Assembly: GCA_025594325.1 (NCBI GenBank)
Contig: JANHCV010000002.1
Location: 1,860,001 to 1,924,000, forward strand
DNA length: 64,000 bases
Direction of reading: 5' to 3'
DNA from: Blastocladiella emersonii ATCC 22665
Taxonomy: Eukaryota > Fungi > Blastocladiomycota
Shown here: positions 31,358 through 43,254 of the stretch, one piece after another
How the letters are laid out: every line of letters starts with the position of its first letter
Numbering within the stretch: position 1 is the stretch's first letter
Program-made: the position numbers and the translations under genes
Notes under the pieces: model-generated
What the model saw: the letters and a program-made list of their open reading frames with translations, nothing else
What the model was told of the DNA's origin: nothing
The model's database searches: none

Positions 31358-32900
31358 CCTCGGGCTCCTCGCTCTCGTCGAGAATGGTCTCGCAGTTGAT
31401 GAGCGGGCTCGGCCGGCGGGCGATCGGCGGCTTGCTGGGCGAGGCCATCTCGTCGCTGTCCTGGCGCTGGCGCAGGTGCTGGTGCTGCTGCGACTGCGAA
31501 GGCGGCGGGAGCCGCGCCTGCGACGGTGGGGGCTGCGGCGGGAGGCGCGGGTACGAGTACTGGAGCTGCTGCGACTGCTGGTAGCGGAGAATGTCGGCGG
31601 TGGTGACGGGCGGGAGGCCGAGCCCCGCGCCACCAGGGGTGCTGGCGCCGAGGTACGGTGGCGGCATGCCGGGCGACGCGGTGACGCCGGAACCGGGGCC
31701 CGTGGCGAACGAGTTGGCGAAGGGCTGGGCGAGAATGTGCTCGGCCTGGGCCTTGGACCGGCGCGCGTCGTCGCGGGCGAGCACCTCGCGCCAGCTGATG
31801 CCCTCGATCTCGAGCGCGAACTTGAGGCGCGCGAGCTCCTCTTCGACCTCGCACGCCTTTTCGATTTTCTCGACGGCTACGCGTGCGTTGACAGAAGTGA
31901 GTGGACGTGATCCGAGTGACGCATGAGAGGGAACCGTACCCTTGGCGAGAATGTCGGACTGGGTGGCGGACGCCATGCCGAGGAGCGACGAGAGGGCGTC
32001 GACCGAGACCTTGAGGCGCTGGCGGCGCTTGGCCTCCATCATGGTTTTGCTGATGCGCTCGTTGGCGATGGTCTCGGCGTCGTCCCCCGCTGCAACCGCG
32101 TCGGACGTGAGGTGCATCGAGTCGTGGTGCTGCTGCTGCTGCTGCTGCGGCGGCGGCGGCGGCGGATGGCTCAGGTTCACCTCGGATGCGGTACGCGAGG
32201 CCGCAAGCGAAGAGGCACCGCTGGGCGCGGAGCCGCCGGCCGAGACGGACCGGCTTCCGAGGGTCCCATCATCGCTCCCGATCGGATCGGCGGTGCGGGT
32301 ACGGCGGAGCGGATGACTCGACGCGTCCGTGTCGGCGGCGACGTAGTGGGAACCGGCCGGGGCGGGCTCAGGGGCGGCGGCCGTCGTGTTACGGCGCATC
32401 CCGCCGCGGCGACCGGACCCGGGAGCCTTAGCGGCGCGCGTCTTTGGCGCACGCGGCGTCGAGGCAGCCGGTCGTGGTGTGGCCGCCGCCGGGGCGGCGG
32501 GTGGCGGCAGCGCCGCTCCGTAGTGCGCGGCCGCGGCAGCAGCAGCGGCCGCCGTGGGATCGAAACTTCCCGCCGCCGCGGCAGCCGCAAACGCCTGCGC
32601 GAACCGCGCGAGCGAGGCGGGATCGGTCGGGAGGCCAGGCGCCGCGCCGGGCATCGAGTAGGGCGGGACGCCGGGGTACGCGGCGCCCATGGCGGGCAGG
32701 TGCGGGCTAGCGTAGCCGGCGGGCGACATGCCGGGATATGCGCCCATGCCCATGTTGTAGAGGCCGAGCGCGCCGAGATGCGGCGGGAGTGCGCCGGCCG
32801 AGGGTGGCGGCGGTATTGGCGGTGCGCCGGGGACGCCCGACGGCGAGAACATGTAGGGCGATTGCCCGTGGTGGGCGCCCGGGGTGGATGATGGGTCCAT
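29499..32900 (-). CDS. Putative bHLH-ZIP transcription factor with long disordered regions
   Basis: Removing the in-frame 63-nt intron 31939..31877 (GTACGG...GCGTAG) gives KTMMEAKRRQRLKVSVDALSSLLG...SDILAK|AVEKIEKACEVEEELARLK, a basic region, two helices and a zipper-like segment. The C-terminus is acidic and hydrophobic. Confidence 0.7.
31303..31356. repeat. Coding hexamer microsatellite (TGCTCC)9 encoding an (EQ)n tract
   Basis: Nine perfect TGCTCC units counted; reads EQEQEQ... in the bHLH ORF. Confidence 0.95.
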
Positions 32901-33523
32901 GGCGGGGTGATATTGTAGCGGCCGGGTGGGGAGAGCGAGGACCGAGCGCGGCGGTGGGAACGCTCAAGTGCGGGGCGAAGCGGAGGGAGGGGGCTCGGAT
33001 CGATGGAATCTCCCACGCCAGGAGCGACTCATTCAGCGAGCAGACTCCCGATTGTTGATACTGTCGCCGCCGTCGTCGTCGCCGTGGACAGTAGTGCCGA
33101 GCGCAGAGTCTCAGCGGCGGTGGTGGGAGACACGGGCGGCCAGTCGCGGGGGCGAGATCCGGTCGCGGCGTCGATGCGTTGCAGTGTGTGCCGGCGGTCC
33201 CGCGGCGGGTCGAGCTTCATGCGTCGTGGCGAGGACGTCGTACGGCGGTAATACGGCGCTGAGTCAGTGGGATTTCGCGTCTGCGCGGTCGCGTGGCCCG
33301 CCTGCCACGCCCGTCGCCGACTCAGCGCACGTGCGGCTGCAGCTCCCCCTCCTGTCCCTGCCGAACCGCGACCCTTCTCCTCCCGGTTTGCCCCTTGTAT
33401 CCATGTATTCTTGCCGCGGTTGAATTGCTTAATTTATCGACGCGGCGTGCCGAGACTGCCGTCGCCTTCGCTCCCGGTCCCTTCTCTCCCCCATCGCACC
33501 AACCAACCCGCCCCAGCATCAAC

Positions 33524-34501
33524 ATGAGCACTCCCAACGGCCACATTGCGCACGCGCCCGTCTCCGAGGCCATTCGGGCCAAGGCGCAGACGTTCGTCGA
33601 GTCGTGGCTCGCGCTGCCCGCGACGCAGTCGCACCTGGTCGTGCGCGACCCGGCCGCCGTGGCCGCCAAGGTCGCGCAGCTGCTGGCCGACGGGCCGAGC
33701 CACCTGCACATCATCTCCGACTTCGACATGACCATGACCAAGTACCTCGTCAACGGCGAGCGCGGGCCCTCGAGCCACGCCGTCGTGACCCGCAGCAGCA
33801 CCGTCTCGAAAAAGTTCCGCGACGACACGGACGCCATGTACAAAAAGTACTACCCGATCGAGATCGACCCGGCCATGCCGCGCTCCGAAAAGTACAAGGT
33901 CATGGAGCAGTGGTGGACCGAGGCCCACGAGATCATCGTCGCGGAGCGCATCAGCGAAGCCGACCTCAAGACCATGGTCGCCGAGACCCCCATGACGTGG
34001 CGCGCATGCCTGCACGACCTGATGCGCCGCACGGGCGAGCTCGACATCTACTTCCTCGTCTTCTCGGCCGGCATCAAGAACCTGATCAAGGAGATCCTCG
34101 CCGCCAACGGCCTGCTGCTGCCGCACGTGCACGTCGAGTCCAACGAGATGTTCTTTGACCCGGCCACGGGCATCGTCACCCACTTCTCGGAGCCGCCCAT
34201 CCACACCCTCAACAAGTCCGAGGTCGTGCTGTCGGACCCGTCGCTGCTCGACCCGAGCAACACGTCGGCCGAGGCCCGCCACGCCCGCGCCATCCAGGGC
34301 CGCAACAACGTGCTGCTCATGGGCGACAGCCTCGGCGACGCCGCCATGGCCGACGGCGTCGAGCACGGCGTGTGCCTCCGCGTCGGCTTCTGCAACCACA
34401 ACACGGACAAGTTCCTCGACCAGTTCCTCGACGCCTTTGACGTCGTGGTCCTCAACGACGTCGGCTTCGACTGGGTCCAAGCCCTCATGGCGCTCTTCTG
34501 A
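33524..34501 (+). CDS. NT5C3: Cytosolic 5'-nucleotidase III (NT5C3/UMPH-1 family)
   Basis: IISDFDMTMT, MEQWW, VFSAG, VESNEM, LLMGDSLGDAAMADG and VGFCN motifs; intronless from Met 33524. Confidence 0.92.
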   Translation: MSTPNGHIAHAPVSEAIRAKAQTFVESWLALPATQSHLVVRDPAAVAAKVAQLLADGPSHLHIISDFDMTMTKYLVNGERGPSSHAVVTRSSTVSKKFRDDTDAMYKKYYPIEIDPAMPRSEKYKVMEQWWTEAHEIIVAERISEADLKTMVAETPMTWRACLHDLMRRTGELDIYFLVFSAGIKNLIKEILAANGLLLPHVHVESNEMFFDPATGIVTHFSEPPIHTLNKSEVVLSDPSLLDPSNTSAEARHARAIQGRNNVLLMGDSLGDAAMADGVEHGVCLRVGFCNHNTDKFLDQFLDAFDVVVLNDVGFDWVQALMALF

Positions 34502-34614
34502 GCTCTGCTCGCTCGCTTTCTGTTGCCCAGTGCACCATAGTCCCCGGAACCCGAGTAGAATGTAGCTCTTTCTCTCTGCCTTGTATTCTCATCCACTTCA
34601 GCAACACACGCTAG

Positions 34615-37600
34615 TTACACCAGCCCGGAATTCAACCCCGCTGCCGCACCCGCTCCTCCCGCCGCGACCGTGGTCCCGGACCCGAGCGGCGGCGAGCTGG
34701 TCCCGACCAGCGGCGACGATCCGACGAGCCCGCCCGTCGCGAGCACGCTCGAGATGATGGCCGACACCTTTTGTCCGCGGTTCGGTGCCGGTGCAGTTGT
34801 CGCCGCCGGCGCGGCTCCGCTCACCGTCGCACCTGCCGGAGCAACCGTCGCCGTAGCCGCGACCGTTGCCGCCCTTGGCGTCCCGTCGATCCCCTCAGCC
34901 AGGCTCGGGAACTGGAGCGACGCGAGGACCGCCGCGAGATTGGTCGCCTTGCCGGACCCGGACCGGAGCGCCTGCGCCTTGTTGACGATCGCCTCGTCGT
35001 GTAGCAGCGCCGTGAGCAGGTCGCACGTCCGCCGCATCGTCTCGCGGCCGAGGACCACCACGCCCGCGGGCTTCGTGCCCGTCGCCGTGTACGGCGCGTG
35101 CGCCCCCGCGGTCGTGGTCCCGGGCGCCGCGACGGGTGCGCCGTGGCGCGCGGCCACGAGCCGCTCCGTGATGGCGACGAGCGAGTCGAGGAACAGGGCA
35201 AACAGCGCGGGGGTGTCGGCGTGCACGGCCTCGAGCCAGTCGAGCACCCACGCCTGTTGGTCCGTGGCGCTCGCGACTTCGCTGTCCTCGTCCCCGGACC
35301 CCGCTGCCGCGACAGTGGCCGTGGCCTGGTTCGTCGGCGTAGCCTGGTGGTAGTGGTGCCCGGCACCGCCGCTGCGCATGCTCTGGTGGTCGCCGGCGCC
35401 GACGGTCACGGCCGTGGTGGTGGCCGCGTCGAGCGTCTGGAGCAGGTGCGAGACCAGCAACACGCGCGACGCCGTGGTCAGTTCGATGGCCGCGAGAATG
35501 TCGCGCGCGCGGCGGTGCGGGAAGATGCGGTGCGCGAGCGCGCGCGACCCGACGAGCGGGAACAGGTACCCGGCGTGCACGTCCGGGATGCGTGCCGCGG
35601 GCTTCGTGGCGGCGGCAGTGGTGTCGACGGCCGGCGGGACCCGCGCGAGGACCAGGATCTGGCGGAGCAGCGGCTCGAGAACCGCGCGGTGGTTGGTGCG
35701 GATGCGCGACAGGATGAGTCCGACGGCGATCGAGAGGTGCGCCTGGAACGAGACGCCGAACGCGCGGTCGGCCGCGGCCATGGCCTTGGGCGCTGCCGCG
35801 AGGACCGCCGCGAGCGGTTTCTCGACCAGCACGCCGTTCTCGTCGAGCAGGTGCAGCGCGGCCGTCGCGAGCTGGACCGCCGCCGTCACCACTTTGCCAC
35901 ACGCCGGCTCGTTGCACGCGCTGCCCCATGCGCCGATCGTCGCAATTGCGATGAGCGGGAGCTGCGCGAGGAACCCGGCGCTCGCGTCCTCGTCGTTGAG
36001 CCGCCCGAGCGCCGTCGTGATGGCCTCGAGGATTTCGACGACCGACAGCGGGTTCGCGTTCGCGGCCGAGCTCCGGTCGCGCAGCGCCGCCAGCGAGGCT
36101 TCCAGGATCGGTGTGTCGATCTCGCTCCCCAGAATACACAGGAGGCGCAGCGATGGGACAAACGCGAACCCGTCGACCGCGAGGTGCTCGCGGCACAGCG
36201 CGACGAGCGACGCACGGAACGCAGCGGCTCCGGGCCGCGTGGTCGGGCCCGTGAACGAGGCCCAGTCGTCGACGGTGCGCCCGTGCCACAGCAGCGCGCG
36301 GATGCCCTTGGTGACCTCGGCGGGCAGCGCCTCGAGGTGCGCCGCGACGTGCAGCGTCCAGATGAGCACAGGTGTCGGCGTCGAGAGCGACCGCGGAACC
36401 GCTGCGAGCGACGTGCGCAGGAACCGCGCTTGCTGCTGGATCAGCTTCACCTGCGCGTTCGGCTGCCGGATCAGCGCGCGGAGGTTGGTCGCGAACCGCT
36501 CGTACACTGGGCGCTGCGTTAGCGTCGTAGAAAAGACATCGATGAATGACGTGGAGCGTACCCTTTTCGTTGTGGCAACTCATGAGCCGGATGTGGTTGG
36601 TCATGATGGCCTCGATGGTCGCGTCGTACTCGGACCCGAGCCCGAGCTCGAGACTCAGCAGGAGCTCCTCGAGGAACGCGGGCGCGTACTGAGACTTGGC
36701 CACGAGCCGAAGCGCGACCTCGGCCATCTACTCGCACGCGAGCAGTCAGCCTTGATAGAACACGCCCCTATGGAAGTTAGACCGTACCGCAGGATCCGAC
36801 GCGCTGAGGAACATGATGACCGTGACGACCATCTTGGTCCACATGGCGGGCGGGACGCAGTTGACGGCCTCGCCGAGCCGGTCGACGCACATGAGCTTCT
36901 CGCGAGTATCGTGGCCGAGCACCATGTGGGCGCACAGCTCGACCATGACGCCGGCCCACGCGTAGTCGGGGACCGACGCGACCAACCGCGTCGAGTAGAC
37001 GAGCTGGTACGTGAGCGCGGGCGAGAACTTTTCGCCGTGCGCGGACCGGCACATTTCAACGTCGGGCGTGTGGTACTTGGCGCGCATCGTGGCTAGGTCA
37101 CCAATCACGCCGATGGGGTCGCCCGGCCGGAGCCGGATCACGATGAGCCGCTGCTTCTTCGGGACAAAGACAAACACCTGGTCGGCGAGGCGGATCCCGC
37201 GCACGTAGTGGATCTCGGTCGCATGGTACAGCTCGTGCACGGCCTTGCCGCGGACCGCGCGCACCAGGTGGAAGCACCCGTGGCCGACCTGGTACTGGCC
37301 GAGCGGGACCGCGCTCAGGTACAGCTGGCGCGCCGAGTGGTCGGCGAGGAGCTGCAGGTGCGACATGGGCAGCACGTCGCCGGGGACGTGCTCGAGCAGG
37401 TTCTCGAGCTTGGCCACGAGGATGGGCGCGGGCTGGACCACGTCGACGACGGCGAGCAGCGGCTCGGTGCAGTACATGACGAGGATCTTGTCGATGATCA
37501 TGGCGCAGTCGTTGGCGAGCTGCTGGAAGATCTGGGCCGGGTACGGGCTCGACATGACCGAGAAGGTCGCGTCGACGACGAGGCACACGGGCACGCTGGC

Positions 37601-40600
37601 CGCGTGCCGCAGCTCCTGGTACATGGCCGCGAGCATGTTGGGCACCGACGACGTCAGCGGGATGTGCTTGAGCACCAGCGTGTACACGGGGCACTTGCTC
37701 TTGGCCGTGCCCGAGTGGTAGAACCACCGCTGGACGTGCGTCGCGGCGGTCCCGATTGGGTCCGACCCGGCCACGGCGTACCCAGGCTGCAGCGCCGTCG
37801 GCAGGATCATCGGGTCGAGCGGCAGGTTCAGGTGCGGGTCAACCCACTGCACCGCGTGGTACAGCGCCATGAACTGCTCGCGCTGCGGCGACACCATGTG
37901 CAGCGCGATCGCGTCGCGGTACTTGTGCACGAGATGCAGGTACCGCGCCGGCTGGCCCTCGAGCTGGTGCGCGCCGTGGCCATGGTGCAGGCTCGAGACG
38001 CTGCTGAGGCTCGGCGACGGCGACGGGCCGCGCGCGACCGCGTCCATGGACGACGACGACGAGAGGCAGCACAGGCTCTCGAGGAACGCCGTGATCTGCG
38101 GGAGGAACTTGGCGACGAACGAGTTCATGGGGCTCATAAACTCCTCCTTGCCGCCGAAATAGACGCCGTTGGCCGTGTTCTGGATGACCTTGGCGATGAG
38201 CGTGCGGGCGCGCTGGTTGAGCGGCGACGCGCTCGAGACGATGGCCGGGCACACGAGGCGGAGGAACACGAGGTTACCGAGCCCGACGAGCCGGTACGTC
38301 GGGAATTTGGTCTCGGTGAGGTCGGCGAGCGCCTTGCACAGGATGCGCAGCCGCGGGGTCGCCGTGGCCGCCGTCTCGAGGACCGCCGTGAGCATCGACT
38401 CGCACAGCGCCTCGAGTCGCTCAAACGCCATGGCGGCCGCGCTGTTGATGGCCGTCTCGCTGCCCGTTGCCGACGCCGCCGTCGTGGGCGACGGCGCGAC
38501 CATCTTGTCCGGGTCGACCTCGATCACGGCCTCGGTCGCGCTGGCGAGCACGCGCTGCACCGCGTTGACCATGGCGTCGGCCTCCTGGCGCACCACGAGC
38601 GACGCGAGCTTGACGGCAAACACGTTGTTGCGGAGAAACGTCTGCGGCTGGCTCGTGACGGCGAGTTCGGCGCGCGTCACGCGGATCACCGCGTCGATGT
38701 CGCGCGGCATCGTGCTCGGCGTAGCGTACGCGGCCATGGGCGACGCGGCGGACGGTGGCGCTGCGGCCTCGGGCGATCGCGCGTAGTGGAACACGGTCTG
38801 CGCGGCATCGTCGAGATCCGACAGAGGTACGACGGCGTTGAGGGCGAGGAGGATCGGCTCCGAGAGGAAATCGGCGATCGAGACCTCGCCGCCGTCGGTG
38901 CGGCGGCGCTCGAGCGCCTGCAGGATCCACGGCGGCGGGAGCTTGAGGCGGGCGCCGGCGATGAGCACGTTGACGGCCACGTCAAAGTGGAGCAGCGCCG
39001 TCGTGTGCTTCTCGGAGAACAGCATGCGCGGGAACAGCTGCTGGAGGCGGACGCGTCCCGTGTCGGTGGTCGGGTGCACGAACCGGTGCACGGCGCACAG
39101 CCGCTCGAGCAGGTCCATGCACGGCGCCTCGTTGGCGGGGACCTCGACCCACGCCGCGACGCGGTCGAGGACCGGGTCGAGCAGCGCCGAGTCCCACCAC
39201 AGGTACGGGAACAACTTGCCGAGGAGCGCGAGGTACGGCTGCGCGTGGAAGTCCTGGAGCCGCGGGAGGAACGCCGCGGCGAGCTGGCCGAGACTCGCGG
39301 GGCTGCGCGACCGCAGGTCGTATGACGACACGGCCGAGAGGACCGTCGCGATGCCCTCGTCGTCGTACTCGCGGATCGCCGTCGGGATGATGGACAGCGC
39401 AAACTGCAGGTTTCCCGGGTGCACGCGCAGGAACGTGCTCGGGTGGATGCGCGCGAACCGGCCGCTGTGCAGGGCGCGGTCCAGCACGTCCGACGACGGG
39501 TGGCTCGGCGCCGCGAGGAGGAATGACGTGAGCAGGAACGTGTCGACCTCGGGGCAGTGCGGCAGCTTGGTCAGCGTGTGGTCGAGCGCGAGCTGCACGT
39601 TGGGCGTCGACTCGATGTCCGTGAGCGCGCGGCAGTACTGGTCGAACGTCATGTTCGACAGCCACCGCGTGTACACGTCGCGGTTGTGCGGCGACGAGAA
39701 GAGCGGCTCCTCGGCGGTCGCGTTCCAGCGCAGGACCGCCTGGAGACACTTGCGCGCGGCGCGCGCGAGCTTGCCGTCGCGCGTGCACTGGCACAGCAGG
39801 ACCATGGTCTCGACCTCGCTGTGGATCAGGCGCCAGTCGAGCGGCGCCGCCGCCGTCGACCCCGCGTGCAGGTCGAGCAGACTCGTGAAGAAGAGGAGCA
39901 TGTGGTACGCGAGTGTTGGGTCGTCGGAGCTGATGCGGATGACGTGCCGCTGCAGCGTCACGAGCAGCGACGCGATGCGCACGCGGACCTCGGGGACCGC
40001 CGTCGTCGAGCACTGGAGGAAGATCTGCACCGCGCGCCGCTGCAAAGGGCGCACACACTTGACCATGACGCGGTACAGGAACACGAGCGAGTCGGGGTCC
40101 TCGGCGAGGAACGTGCACTGCTCGAGCGCGCCGAGCATCTCGACCAGCGGGAGCTCAGCCGGGGCGGGCATGCCGCCACCGCCGCCGGCCACCGAGTTGC
40201 GGGCCGCGCCGCCGATGGCCACGCCCGTGCTACCGATCCCTCCGCCAATGATGGGTCCAGGACCGCCCGTCGCGCCGATTTGGCCACTCGCGGCGCCGAT
40301 ACTGCCGCTGACGCCGGCCCCCAGCCCGCCGGCGCTGCTGGTGCTGCCGTTGACCGTGGACGAGCTGTTATTGTTGACGTTGCTGCTGCTGCTCCCGCCG
40401 CCGAGGCCGGGGAGGCTGCCCATGCGGCTCGGCTTCTTGGGTTTGTCCTTTTCCTTACCGCTCGACGTCGCGTTGACAGCGATGCTCGCCACGGCGGCGG
40501 TGATGGACAATGGCGACGCGACCGACACGCTGGACATGAAGGATGCCGCGACCGACTCTTCGCTCAGGGCGTCGTCGTCGTAGCAGAACTGGGCAATAAG

Positions 40601-42313
40601 GCCGCGCATGTAGTCCCGGATCGGGCGGTGGTGGTTCGGGAGCAGGGCGCCGTCGAGGATGCGGCCGAGGCGCGCGATACCCTGGCACGTCAGGGCCATG
40701 GCGACGAGCGAGTTGGTGGACCGCCACGCGTCGAGGAAAGTGGCGCCATGCGCGGCAATGACGAGGGCGAGCAGCTCGACGACGACCACGTCGGGCAGCG
40801 AGTCGGGCATCTCGATCGAGTTGACCACCTCGTGCGTGAGCTCGATGCACATGGGCAGCGTGTCCTCGACGAGGAACGACAGGTACCGCTCGGCCGAGGT
40901 GCCGGCGAGCATGGCGTTAAGCTTGAGAATGTCGACGACGACGATCGGCAGCGTCTCGTGGACACCGCGGCCGCCGGACCCGGCCGCCTTGAGCGCGCGG
41001 CGGATGTACTCGATGAACCCGGCGCGCCGCGACAGCGCGCCCGTCTTGTCCTTGACCTTGCCGAGCGCCGCGACCGTCTTGTCCGAGTTGAGGACGACGG
41101 CGAGCAGCGCGAGAGGCCACGCGACCACCTTCTTCTTGAGGTCGACGGCCGCCGCGAGCGTGTCGAAGAGCGTGTCGAGGTCGGCGCGGAACCCGGTCAG
41201 CATCGCGTCGCGCGCGCGCTCGTCCATGTCCGAGCACTCGCACTCGCCCGTGACGAGCGCCTGGAACCCGTCCGGGTACAGCTCGATCCACGTCCACAGG
41301 ATGTGGTGGAAGATCTGGAGCAGCAGCACGCGGCGCTCCTTTTTCAGCTGCGGCAGCGCGCGCGACAGCTCCTGCAGGAAGCACCGGATGCGGTGCCCGT
41401 CGTACAGGCCCCACCCGGCGAGGTGCAGCGTGATGTCCGTGGCCGCGGCGATCGCGCCCGACCCGTAGTGCGAGTCGACGTCGTAGTTGGGCGTCGGCGC
41501 GCCCGACACGAGCAGCGGCACCTGCACGTCGTTGTAGAAGGTCTCCCAGTTGGACGCGCTGATGGCGAAGGCGACGCGGCCGACCGACGTGAGCAGCGTG
41601 TCGGGCAGGTTGTCCGAGTGGAACTCGCCCGACTGGATGACCGACGACCGCAGGTGCAGGTGCGACGCGACGGGCAGGTACGGCGAGAGCAGGCCGCGGC
41701 CCGCGTCGTCGCGCAGGAGCATGCACTGGCGCAGCCACTGCAGCAGGGCCTCGGCGAGCGGCGGATCGAGCGCGAGTGGCGGGTGCGACGGGAGCGGGAT
41801 CAGGTGCTGTTGGCTAAACGCGTTGGGTGCGACGTCAGCATGGGTCGGCGGCGAGTCGCGAGGCCGGGCGTACCTCTCGGGAAACCAGCGGGCGTAGAGA
41901 AGGTCGGCGATAATGTCAATGAGCACGACGATGCTGGCGCACACGTCGTTGGTCGCGCCGTGCGTGTCGATCAGCTACGCGCAACAAAAAGTGTGAGTGG
42001 ACAGGCGGACGATCGACCCTTGGTGAGGTGCGTGCGTACCCGGTGGACCTCCATGGCCATGGACAGCATGTGGTGGATGATGGCGGTGCCATTCTGGTCG
42101 TCAAGCGCGAGGGCCTTGAGCGTCTGCAGGACGGCCAACCCGTCCTTGTCGAGGCGCGTCTCGACCGAGCTCCCAAACTGGTTGATGGTCTTGAGCGGGA
42201 ACTATCGATGCGAGCGAGCGGGTCAGGCCTGAGCCGCGTAGCGGGCGCTGCGATCGCCGCACCTTTTCCCTCAGTCGCCTGACGAGCGACGGGATGATAG
42301 CGCCCTCCGCCAT
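34615..42313 (-). CDS. NF1: Neurofibromin/Ira-like RasGAP, multi-exon, about 2400 aa
   Basis: N-terminus LVRRLREK|FPLKT resembles the NF1 start. The GAP domain has the arginine-finger region QTFLRNN, VFLRLVCPAI and KVIQNTAN...FGGKEEFMSPMNSF. A Sec14/PH-like segment (WFYHSGTAKSKCPVYTLV) and HEAT-like helices follow. Internal exon limits are only partly resolved. Confidence 0.85.
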
Positions 42314-42846
42314 GGCGAGTTGCAGTTACGTCGACCGATGAGCGGTAACGGCGGCGGATCAAGTGGACAAGTGCGGGGTTCGGCGCTCGCGGCGCGGATG
42401 ATACATGGGCAGCGAGGGCCGGCAGCGACGACCGCGTTGCGGCGACTTGGAGGCGATCACGGCGCGAGTGGTGGAGTGTGAGGGTGCGCCAGAATAGCCA
42501 GCGTGCGCCATTCCGCGGCATTGTCGGGGTGCGGCGCGCGGCGCGAGACGCGTGCGCGCGTGTGGCGGAACGCGTCGCCCACGCGCACGCGCTCGGGTCG
42601 CGTGAGTGGCGGGCCGCGCGCTGCGAGACGTTTTCCGTGGCATGAGCATCGCCGCGCGCCTTCTGGCCCGTCGGTCGCGGCCTCGCGGCGCGCTGTTCTC
42701 AGGGTCGGTAGACGAGGGCAGCGAGATCAAGAGTTCCAACTATTTATAAAACAATCGATCGTTTTCAAGGGACCAGGTGTATTCCATCACGCACAGGCCG
42801 CGGTGGGGAGCGCGCGGCAGCCGTCGTCGACGAGGGAACAGCACGC

Positions 42847-43254
42847 TTAGGCCTTCTTGGCAGCGGCCTTCTTGGCAGCCTTCTTGGCGTCCTTCTTGGG
42901 CTTAGCCTCGGCAGCCTTGGTCTGGGCGTCGGCGGCCTTGAGCACCTTCTTGACGATCTTCTGCTCCTCAATGAGGAAGGCGCGGAGGATGCGCTCGCGG
43001 ACGCAGTGGCCGCAGCGGGAGCCGCCGTAGGTGCGCGAGACGGTCTTCTGGCGCTTGGACAGGGTCGCGTACTTGCGGGGGCGGAGGGCGGGGATGCCGG
43101 CCAGGGCGAGACCGCAGTCACCGCACTTGGGCGACGCAGCCTTCTTGTGCTCGTAGTGGTAGACGAGCTTGCCACCGGGGGTCTTGACCACGCGAACCTT
43201 GTTCGACTTGGTGTTGTACGAGAGGCGACGGCGGTAGGTGAGGCGCTGGACCAT
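42847..43254 (-). CDS. RPL34: 60S ribosomal protein eL34 with a Lys/Ala-rich C-terminal extension
   Basis: [19 protein letters not shown]...KTPGGKL...CGDCG...[32 protein letters not shown] possible 5'UTR intron at 43427..43264 (GTACCC...CTGCAG) ends 10 nt before the ATG. Confidence 0.97.
   Translation of the reverse strand: MVQRLTYRRRLSYNTKSNKVRVVKTPGGKLVYHYEHKKAASPKCGDCGLALAGIPALRPRKYATLSKRQKTVSRTYGGSRCGHCVRERILRAFLIEEQKIVKKVLKAADAQTKAAEAKPKKDAKKAAKKAAAKKA

Noticed and set aside
39557-42232. 891-aa plus-strand ORF and other long ORFs antisense or out of frame to real genes (e.g. 20223..21935, 45632..47929, 49137..51116, 54473..56350, 58271..60544)
   Set aside because: Arg/Gly/Ala-rich translations with no motifs; expected shadows of GC3-rich coding sequence in which stop codons are rare.
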